Made by a program: the position numbers and the translations under genes. From a virus: DNA of 56,593 nucleotides. The stretch lies in the IMG/VR virus record IMGVR_UViG_3300021300_000004, one strand, 5' to 3'. Below, piece by piece: positions 17,433-25,650 of the stretch. Below the pieces are notes generated by a model. That model was not told the DNA's origin, searched no databases, and saw only the letters and a program-made list of their open reading frames with translations. Every line of letters starts with the position of its first letter. Position 1 is the stretch's first letter.

Positions 17433-18491
17433 TTAAAGAGTTACATTATAATCTTGACCATAGAAATTCAAGTTAATATTAATTGTAAACTCCTCATGCT
17501 TAATTTCCTTATGTATCTTACCAATAGTCACATTATCCATAACAGACATGTAAACTTTCTTAAACTCCTCAGGATTAGTTTTAATATAAGTCGCATGTAC
17601 AATATCACGACTACGACCTTGCAACAAGTCAATATTATCCTCACTTAAACCAATATTGGACGCATTAAACTTACGCAGAGTATGTGGCCTGAGGAAACGA
17701 TAACTACCCTTGAAACCAAAGTTTAACTCATCATTAATATTGTTAAAATGATAAGTAATTTGCCTTGTTGTGAAATCCCATAAACTATCACTAAATTTCA
17801 AGTTCTTGTCTTGCTCTTCACAAATCTGCAACCGTAACAGTAACCATTCACTGATTGCATGTGCTGCCTCAGGTGTGCAAAAAGTATAATAATTCTTTTT
17901 GGTTTTCTGCCTGTACAAGTAGAATGTCGGGACAACTGGTTCAATACTACCATAAATTTCCTCAATGATTTCATGTAATGTTTCACTGGTATAGTATCCT
18001 GCACAAGCATTAATGAAATCACCAACAGTCATATTAGCACATTCAGTTCTGCCGGTCCCAGATGATGCCATGAATAAGATTAATGAACCGACTCTTATTC
18101 CAGCAACTTCAAAAGCCATTCCGATTTGTTTTTTTGTAGGTAAATCAAAATATGTGGTTTCGATTTTATCCTCAGATTGTATCGGTGGCATTTTTGGGAG
18201 TTCAACATCAAAATGATTATAGATTGTATATATGGATTGCATATGTGCTTTTATGGTGCTTGTTTTCAGTCTTGTTTCTGTTTGCAGATGTGTTCTGAAT
18301 TGCAGTAATCTGTTTTTGATGCTTCGGCGTCTTTTTTTGATTTCAATGTTGTTTTCCTCATCAATGGCCTCATTGATTAAGTCATCAAGGGTCATATCGT
18401 AGTATTCTGTGTATTTTTTGATTGTGCTGCGGTATCCCTTGATGGTTTCAGGTTGCAGATTTCGTTCTGTTATAAATCTTTCAAAGTACAT
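17433..18491 (-). CDS. Tyrosine recombinase 2 (candidate adhesin-tip invertase or integrase)
   Basis: SSGTGR, HTLRKF, LQGRS, HATY; paralog of 5909..7045; abuts silent cassette and tRNA. Confidence 0.92.
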   Translation of the reverse strand: MYFERFITERNLQPETIKGYRSTIKKYTEYYDMTLDDLINEAIDEENNIEIKKRRRSIKNRLLQFRTHLQTETRLKTSTIKAHMQSIYTIYNHFDVELPKMPPIQSEDKIETTYFDLPTKKQIGMAFEVAGIRVGSLILFMASSGTGRTECANMTVGDFINACAGYYTSETLHEIIEEIYGSIEPVVPTFYLYRQKTKKNYYTFCTPEAAHAISEWLLLRLQICEEQDKNLKFSDSLWDFTTRQITYHFNNINDELNFGFKGSYRFLRPHTLRKFNASNIGLSEDNIDLLQGRSRDIVHATYIKTNPEEFKKVYMSVMDNVTIGKIHKEIKHEEFTININLNFYGQDYNVTL

Positions 18492-18542
18492 ATTTTATCA
18501 GCTCTATCTTTTTTTTATGTACTTTATGATTTTGTATGTACT

Positions 18543-18587
18543 AATATTTAAATATTCATATATTGGAATTATCAACACTGAATATTT
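18543..18587 (-). promoter_or_regulatory. Promoter/operator region of recombinase 2
   Basis: 14-bp palindrome AATATTTAAATATT containing a TATA-like box; 9-bp IR AAATATTCA/TGAATATTT. Confidence 0.55.
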
Positions 18588-19112
18588 TTAATACAAATAT
18601 ACGAACTCCACGATATTTATCTCTATCGTGGGCAAGAGTATTCTTTAACAAAATCAAGTGGAAGTGTATTAAATCAAGCATTCGACTCCGATGTTGCATT
18701 AACATTCCCATCTCATTGTGAAATCAGTTTTGAAATCTATTCTACTGGTGGAACATCAAGTAATGAGCATAGATTGTTTATTCAACCGAATAGTCAGTAT
18801 GTAGTTGGTACTCAATCATCAAAAGCATTATTTGTACAAAATCATGGAACAAGTGGTAGTAATGGTGCTTTTGGTTATCGTAACTCTTCTACTGCCTCAT
18901 TCGGAAGCAATTTTAGTGGTTTTAGCATAAATGAATATCATGCTGTTAAGTTTGTGCGAAATGGAACAAGTGTAACTTGTTATTTCGATGATGCTCAAAA
19001 AAGAAGTGGAACAATCAGTTTCCTTGATGATTATACTGATTGGAACTTCTACTTCCACATATGGAACAATGGAACAATGAAAATAAAGAATATACAAATC
19101 AAAGAACTATAA
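18582..19112 (+). other. Silent alternative C-terminal cassette of tail adhesin (inverted, no own start/SD)
   Basis: Frame open from 18582: IYELHDIYLY...KNIQIKEL mirrors TYTLEDCHYY...KNIKIKPL of the expressed tip; stops interlock at 19107-19112. Confidence 0.85.
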
Positions 19113-21425
19113 TGGTTTGATTTTTATGTTCTTCAACCAGTTATTTGAATTTCCTCCACTTTCAATATGTATCAATTTCGCTAATGTAATGTTTTGGTCG
19201 GAAACAGTCATTACAGAACCATTATTCAATGAATACTGGTATTCACTACCAGTATAAATGAATTTAATGTTATTTTCAGTATTTAATTGAATATTAGTCG
19301 GATAAGAATAAGTGGTATTACTTGACTTGTAAACAATTAATCCGTTCCCACCAGCCCTTGCATATTGTCCGACAAGCATTCTATCATTAGAAGCATTTCC
19401 AATATCCAAATAAGGCATACTTGAACTATTTGTTCCTTGTTTAGAATTATATTCTAACTGGAATGCTCCATTAGGCAAAGGAATATTCAAAGTAGTGCTT
19501 GAAGTAGAATATGTATTGTCATTGTAATAATGACAATCTTCGAGAGTGTATGTTTCTGATGAGAAAAAAGTACCACTAAAAGCGTAAAAACCAATATCAC
19601 CAACACCACCGGAATTATATAATTTATCCGCCTTACCAGTACCATCAGTATTAACAATATCAATTAAATTATGAAAGACATAAGTTCCAGATGCAGAAAT
19701 AACACTTGAAAAATCAAAATCATATGAGGATAAATCTTCATAATGAGTATTATCATAAACATCAGTATAAATCAAAAGATTATCCTGAAACTTAACATCA
19801 AGAATATTACTAGCAACATCAACAATATACCTACCATTATAATAAACAGTAAGACCTGTATCAGTCAATTTAAGATAACCTACATCGTCGCCCACTTGAA
19901 CACTTGTAACTGACGCAGACTCACGAGAAATCTTAAAAGCATCACCCACTACACTCGGATAATGTGAGTTCTGACTGGTCCAAAACTCCACAGGTTCACC
20001 ACTTGCTGCAACAGGATTGTCGCTGTTATCAAGTAATTCTACTCTTAAAGTTGCAGTATCCGCATCATGGTGTGAAAGAATGGTTTTTCCATTGACCTCA
20101 GTAATACTGCATTTTGTGTATGCGGGATTAACTGTAACCGGACTTGAATAGGCACTGTTATATGTTGCATCACCTGCATAATAAGCTCGGAGTGTATAAC
20201 CAGCATAAGATGTTATCATATCTGATATTTCACCACTGCTATTTGTTAAAGTTGATACGATAACATTATCTGATGAATCAAGGACTTGCAATGTAACGCC
20301 GGATATTCCCACACCTTCATATTTTATTGATGCTGCAATGTCAATAATGTTAAGACCGGCACCTCTCCTGCTTGCAGATAATGTTAATACAGGTATTTTC
20401 TTTGAAACAATTAGACTAACCGTATTTGAAGTTAAATCATTTGGATTCTTACAAGTAATATTATGATTTCCTGAAACATTGCTTATGAAATTGAATGTTG
20501 CAACACCGTACTCATTTGTGTTACTGGAACCAAGTAATGTTTCACCATCATAGAAACGAATTTCCTGATTATCCACGGGTATTCCAGTTTCATCAAGATA
20601 TGTTGCTGTTAAAATTGCAGTTTCACCAATAGTTAAATTTGAAATGTTACTGGATAATATCAGACTTTCATTTACTTTGATGATGTGTTGATCATGAACT
20701 ATATTGACTGTTGCATCAAAACCAATAACATGATCCAAATTCAATGTTTCAAATGGTATGTTTACAGGTGTTCCATATTGTAAGGTAATTATTAATGGTG
20801 TTACTGTTATGTTGTCTGTACTGGCATCTGTGCAGACATTAACATCACTGATACTGTATACTTTCATTTTTATGGTGTATGTACTGTTTCTGAACCGTGG
20901 ATTGATTAATGTTATTGTTCCGATGTTGGTTAATGTTTCATTTGTGATTAGTATTCCGTTATCCACGATTGTTGTACTTTCAAGGTTAAAGAGGTAATCT
21001 GCATATTTTCCATGCACGGTGGAATTGTTGATTTGGATTTCCTCTTTGAATGGGTAATTTTGTTTTAATCTGTATACTAATGCGTTGAATTCATTAACTG
21101 TTAATGTGTCCTCGATTTGTTTATAACCAGTTAATTTTATTAGTCTGATAAACTCATCATCGTCTGAAACGAAATCATAATAAGTTTCCTCAGTATTTTT
21201 ATTTGCGATTATGCATTTGTTTTCCAGTATTTTATCATCATTGTTGCTTGATGTGATTTTTTTACAATAGAATAACGGATAAATCCTGTAAATACTGTCT
21301 GTAATGATTGTTTCAACTATGAATAAATCACTGGATAGTATTTCTGTTAAACTTAAATTTATGTTTTTTACATTTAATCCGTGGAAATATTGTAATTCAG
21401 GATTGGTTATGTCTGTAAAATACAT
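19107..21425 (-). CDS. Tail fibre / receptor-binding adhesin with Ig-like repeats and variable C-terminal domain
   Basis: Ig-like segments LTATYLD...VDNQEIRFY..G and LRAYYAGDATY; last gene of baseplate operon. Confidence 0.8.
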   Translation of the reverse strand: MYFTDITNPELQYFHGLNVKNINLSLTEILSSDLFIVETIITDSIYRIYPLFYCKKITSSNNDDKILENKCIIANKNTEETYYDFVSDDDEFIRLIKLTGYKQIEDTLTVNEFNALVYRLKQNYPFKEEIQINNSTVHGKYADYLFNLESTTIVDNGILITNETLTNIGTITLINPRFRNSTYTIKMKVYSISDVNVCTDASTDNITVTPLIITLQYGTPVNIPFETLNLDHVIGFDATVNIVHDQHIIKVNESLILSSNISNLTIGETAILTATYLDETGIPVDNQEIRFYDGETLLGSSNTNEYGVATFNFISNVSGNHNITCKNPNDLTSNTVSLIVSKKIPVLTLSASRRGAGLNIIDIAASIKYEGVGISGVTLQVLDSSDNVIVSTLTNSSGEISDMITSYAGYTLRAYYAGDATYNSAYSSPVTVNPAYTKCSITEVNGKTILSHHDADTATLRVELLDNSDNPVAASGEPVEFWTSQNSHYPSVVGDAFKISRESASVTSVQVGDDVGYLKLTDTGLTVYYNGRYIVDVASNILDVKFQDNLLIYTDVYDNTHYEDLSSYDFDFSSVISASGTYVFHNLIDIVNTDGTGKADKLYNSGGVGDIGFYAFSGTFFSSETYTLEDCHYYNDNTYSTSSTTLNIPLPNGAFQLEYNSKQGTNSSSMPYLDIGNASNDRMLVGQYARAGGNGLIVYKSSNTTYSYPTNIQLNTENNIKFIYTGSEYQYSLNNGSVMTVSDQNITLAKLIHIESGGNSNNWLKNIKIKPL

Positions 21426-21426
21426 T

Positions 21427-23178
21427 TTATATTCCCTCCCAATCTATATTATTAATAGTGTTTTCGTTTTGCCAGTCTGCACGGGTTACAACAGCATTTG
21501 TCTTGTACACCCAGTCTGTACCGGTTACACAATAACAGATACTTTCAGTTTCCTTGTTTTCAACTGGACTTGTAAAGACACAAGTTTCAATTTGCGGATA
21601 ATAATATTTAGCAAAGACATGACTTTGATTTCTGTAATTTTCAAAGAATGGTAATTTATTATCCTCTTGCAGACTTTCATGTGTTGCTGTATTGATTGTT
21701 GCGGTTAATCCACATCTGATTAATGCTTGTGCAAATCCTATGTTGATTTGATTTTCACATAATGTATTGTCTTGATAATCTATGTCAAAGATACTGTTTG
21801 TGATTTCAGCATCACCATCTGTCTGATAAAGGAATGCTGGATTGTCTTTATCCACATAAGTTAAATCATTATTCAAGTATTTGCAGTTATCCACGGTTAA
21901 TTGTCCACCATGGAATATTGCACTATGATTGTTAATGAATGTGCAATCGTTTATTCTGGTTATGAAATCTGAGTCTACGCTTAAACTTTCCAAGTCTACA
22001 TCACAAAAGATGCAGGAACCGAGATTGTTATAGTCTGCTGCAATGTTGTTTGTGAATTTTACTTTTGTTAGTTCTAATATTGAGTTTTCTTTTTGTATTA
22101 TTGCAGGACTACCTATATTAAGTTCTGCATTTTTGAGGATTAATTTAACTCCCTCGTTTAAAATGATTGAATGATTGTTTAAAGTTAATTTGTTATCCTC
22201 ACCATACACTATTACATCACTACTAACTAAAATATTTGAAGTTAAACCAATGTCTGCATCAAGTTTCAAAACCTTAATACCCAAAGCTAATTGAGTCATC
22301 AAATCAACTTCATTACTAATAGTAACATACTCACAAGGAATAATAATATCAAACACACCATTATTCACATAAGTATTAGCTTTAACATTTAAACTAACTT
22401 TAACACTATTGGTATCCAATTTATTAGTTAAATCCAAATCAAAACAATAATCCTCAATATCCTCATCATAAGTAACCGGCAATACAGCATCATCATATAC
22501 TATTTCCATATTCAAAGGAGTATCATCAACCATACTACCACCAGGTAAATATTTCTGATCAACTCCTAACGGAATGTGATTAATTTTACCGACAGTAACC
22601 ACATTATCAAAATTATAAATTAAGTCCGTTTTTTTCAATAAACAAAGAATATATTCTTTTACAGTGCCTCCAATGTAATTAACACCGGAATTTAAAGTAA
22701 CTGACCCTGCAACACGAGTAGTATTATCGGATAAAAATTTAGCATAAATAGTAACAGAGTTTCCCTCATCAGCCTTAGTAAAAATAATTGTTGAATGGTC
22801 ATCGAGTGTAACTAAATCTGCCATACTGTAACTAAAAGAGGTTGCAAAACTACATAAATACAAATATAATTTAACACTGGACTCTTCTGTTATTAAAGTA
22901 ATGACTCCATTATTATAATTATTGTTAGTTGAAGTACGATAAATTAAAGAGCCGTCGGACTTTCTAAAATAACATTTACCTTGCCATAAATTATTGTGTA
23001 CTTCAAAACTAAAAGTATGTTGATTTCCACTTATAGTATGAGAAACTTTTACAAAATCATACTGCACATTCAAAAACTCATCAGTACCAATCAAACTAGT
23101 ATCAACAACAAAAAACTCATTAAAAACAGTATTAATATCTATTGTATTAATATCTTCAACAGTTAAAAAACCAGTCAT
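21427..23178 (-). CDS. Baseplate/tail fibre protein with beta-helix-like C-terminal half
   Basis: Repeats such as CTFINN, CKYLNN, SIFD; position in tail module. Confidence 0.6.
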   Translation of the reverse strand: MTGFLTVEDINTIDINTVFNEFFVVDTSLIGTDEFLNVQYDFVKVSHTISGNQHTFSFEVHNNLWQGKCYFRKSDGSLIYRTSTNNNYNNGVITLITEESSVKLYLYLCSFATSFSYSMADLVTLDDHSTIIFTKADEGNSVTIYAKFLSDNTTRVAGSVTLNSGVNYIGGTVKEYILCLLKKTDLIYNFDNVVTVGKINHIPLGVDQKYLPGGSMVDDTPLNMEIVYDDAVLPVTYDEDIEDYCFDLDLTNKLDTNSVKVSLNVKANTYVNNGVFDIIIPCEYVTISNEVDLMTQLALGIKVLKLDADIGLTSNILVSSDVIVYGEDNKLTLNNHSIILNEGVKLILKNAELNIGSPAIIQKENSILELTKVKFTNNIAADYNNLGSCIFCDVDLESLSVDSDFITRINDCTFINNHSAIFHGGQLTVDNCKYLNNDLTYVDKDNPAFLYQTDGDAEITNSIFDIDYQDNTLCENQINIGFAQALIRCGLTATINTATHESLQEDNKLPFFENYRNQSHVFAKYYYPQIETCVFTSPVENKETESICYCVTGTDWVYKTNAVVTRADWQNENTINNIDWEGI

Positions 23179-23181
23179 ATT

Positions 23182-23382
23182 TTATTCCACCTCTGTAACA
23201 ATTCCAGTAATCTTGTCAATGCTGAAACATCGACCTTTTAATTCCAGATAAAAATCAGTGCTCCTTTCCACAACTTGACTAAGAATGCTGTAAAAATCAA
23301 TTGTAAATTGCTCTTCATAATCAAATTGCAACATTAACTGACTCACTAAATCCTCATCAGTAAAATACTGACTCACAACCAT
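23182..23382 (-). CDS. Small baseplate-region protein
   Basis: Coupled ORF. Confidence 0.55.
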   Translation of the reverse strand: MVVSQYFTDEDLVSQLMLQFDYEEQFTIDFYSILSQVVERSTDFYLELKGRCFSIDKITGIVTEVE

Positions 23383-23837
23383 GTTAAACCACTCCCAAGG
23401 GCAAATTTTTTACTTAAAATATTCTTTGTCTGCTCATCAGCAATACACATAAAACCCTCATGCAAATACTCATTATCCGAAGTTAAAGTATTATCATGAG
23501 GATTAAAATTAGCAACATTCTTAAATAATGTTAAACCGTAAACATCAATCAAATACCTTGTGGTTAAATGACCCAATCGTTCATAAACAATCCTCTCACG
23601 ATAATCAGTATCAGACTCACCAATCTGCCTATAAACACTATAATCAGTACCTATAACATCAAGATAAGCACCCTCTGCCTCACTAAGAAACACATTACTG
23701 AAAAAATCACTATTATAATACTCATCTAACCAAGCACCAACCGTTTTATCAATAACCTTACTTGCCGGATTATTCATATCCTTTAAACTACAATTATCTG
23801 CCAAACGATTAATAATGCCCTCACCAAAATCAGACAT
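23373..23837 (-). CDS. Baseplate wedge protein (P2 gpI / Mu gp48-like)
   Basis: AEGAYLDVIG...RQIGESDTDYRERI follows baseplate J. Confidence 0.7.
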   Translation of the reverse strand: MSDFGEGIINRLADNCSLKDMNNPASKVIDKTVGAWLDEYYNSDFFSNVFLSEAEGAYLDVIGTDYSVYRQIGESDTDYRERIVYERLGHLTTRYLIDVYGLTLFKNVANFNPHDNTLTSDNEYLHEGFMCIADEQTKNILSKKFALGSGLTWL

Positions 23838-23843
23838 AATATC

Positions 23844-25049
23844 CTATGCTCCTACAATTGATTGATTAATCTCAACAGTACCTAACCTTAAAACACCATT
23901 AGCTGCCGGACTAACTGTTGTAATCTCATCAGTATCACCAGTAATGAAACATTGCACACCTTCAACAAAATTCAAATCCTGCAATGCTGAATACAAACCA
24001 TTACGAGTTAAACTCTCATCAATATACAAACCAGTATATTCAAGTCCATCACTTGTTGTTCCACCATCAAAGTAACAAGATAATAATTCCTCAATAAGAT
24101 TATTATCAATAAGAGTTTCAACATCAAGATTAACAGTTAAATTAACTCCGGTATAAGTTGGTTTCTCAACACTAAATTTATGATCAAGTACAATATTCTC
24201 AGTCATAGTGAACTGCACAAGAACTTGCATGAGTATGTCATCAGGAGTTTCTTTTACATTACCATTTACCAATACGATTTTAGTATACTTCGGTTCTTGG
24301 TTATCTGTATCATCAATGAGTTTTACATCATGCACACCAGTAACAGACTCAGCAAGGTTCTCATAATATCCGAGACTGCCGAAAGTGTCCTGACGAATGA
24401 AACCTAGTAACCTCTCACGATAAACATCGTCCTCTTCATAATCAGTTCCACCCGTAAAATCTTCAAGATTAGTACATGTTACACTTTCATCAACATTCTT
24501 ATCATCAAGAACTGTTAAAGTGTTGGCAGGGATATTTCCCTCAGTTCCCACAGTTAAACAGGTACAATACACTTCACTTGATGTGTCACCTGCGATAATT
24601 GTGCATTCAGTATCTGTTTCAAATTCTAATCCGAGTTCGGAATCAACAATTACAGTTTCCTCAGGAATTACAATATCCTCAGTTACCGCTTCCGGTATGC
24701 TGAATGTTACTAAACCTATTGCCTCTTGACCTTGGTCTCTTGGCAAGTTGATTAATGGATTGGCACCGTGTAAATCTAACCATTCACCATAACTGGTTGT
24801 TATGAATGCAATCTTAGATAACTCATATTGGTCTTCCATTAAGGTATACAAATCAACAGCTATGGATTCTAAAAGATTTCTTATTTCAGAACCCTCATTG
24901 AAATCAGTTACTCGTGTTTCTCCGATTTCTAATTTTTCATTATAATAATCAATCATTTGTTGAACTAATATAGTTCTGCTTATTTCATTTCCAACAATAT
25001 TATAAAAACTTTCATCAGTTATTGGCAATGTCCACACCACCATCTTCAC
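23844..25049 (-). CDS. Baseplate J-like protein (Mu gp47-like)
   Basis: GEWLDLHG, GTEGNIPANT, GGTDYEEDDVYRERL; probable TTG start near 25028. Confidence 0.9.
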   Translation of the reverse strand: MKMVVWTLPITDESFYNIVGNEISRTILVQQMIDYYNEKLEIGETRVTDFNEGSEIRNLLESIAVDLYTLMEDQYELSKIAFITTSYGEWLDLHGANPLINLPRDQGQEAIGLVTFSIPEAVTEDIVIPEETVIVDSELGLEFETDTECTIIAGDTSSEVYCTCLTVGTEGNIPANTLTVLDDKNVDESVTCTNLEDFTGGTDYEEDDVYRERLLGFIRQDTFGSLGYYENLAESVTGVHDVKLIDDTDNQEPKYTKIVLVNGNVKETPDDILMQVLVQFTMTENIVLDHKFSVEKPTYTGVNLTVNLDVETLIDNNLIEELLSCYFDGGTTSDGLEYTGLYIDESLTRNGLYSALQDLNFVEGVQCFITGDTDEITTVSPAANGVLRLGTVEINQSIVGA

Positions 25050-25440
25050 TTATAACAAGATTCAAATTAAATTCGGAGTCCTCATCATAATATAAAGTTA
25101 AATAGGTGTTGATTTCACCAACACTATTATATTGTAACTCTATATCATAATTTAAAATCCTTGGTTCTGCATCTAAACAGTTACTAATTTCTAATTTCAT
25201 GAAATCCAAAGTATCTTTATCATGTTTCCAACCAATGAAACCGGTTAAAACACTCCCATAATCCATATAGTATAAACCAAGACTATTCAGATTATTATTC
25301 AAACGATTAAGAATACTTTGAACGAGATTATCCTCATCAGAAATCAACACTAAATCTCCATTTTTAAATTCCCAGTTACTGTTGAAATCAGTACCTAAAT
25401 CATCAATGTCCTCCACTATTCTCACCTCGTTCACTGGCAT
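25015..25440 (-). CDS. Baseplate wedge gp25/Mu gp46-like protein
   Basis: NLVQSILNRL...YGS...LDAEPRI; start MPVNE likely. Confidence 0.75.
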   Translation of the reverse strand: MPVNEVRIVEDIDDLGTDFNSNWEFKNGDLVLISDEDNLVQSILNRLNNNLNSLGLYYMDYGSVLTGFIGWKHDKDTLDFMKLEISNCLDAEPRILNYDIELQYNSVGEINTYLTLYYDEDSEFNLNLVISEDGGVDIANN

Positions 25441-25627
25441 ATAAACCAGGGCAAGACTCAACAAAATTATTGTTTTGGAAAATATGTCCGTTTTCACCAA
25501 TGCGGAATACATAAAAACCATCAACAACCTCATAGTTTTCAACAACCTCATCTAAATCAACAGAACCAGTTTCTTTTACAATAACTTTGTCTCTAAGTTC
25601 CCTTTTAACAACTTCTTTATCAAACAT
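25403..25627 (-). CDS. Small hypothetical protein
   Basis: SD GAGGT; 74 aa. Confidence 0.5.
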   Translation of the reverse strand: MFDKEVVKRELRDKVIVKETGSVDLDEVVENYEVVDGFYVFRIGENGHIFQNNNFVESCPGLYASERGENSGGH

Positions 25628-25650
25628 ATACTATGCAACCTCACTTTTTA

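Noticed and set aside
19107-21425. Possible DGR targeting the adhesin
   Set aside because: No reverse transcriptase and no template/variable repeat pair with A-specific mismatches; the two tips are far too divergent.
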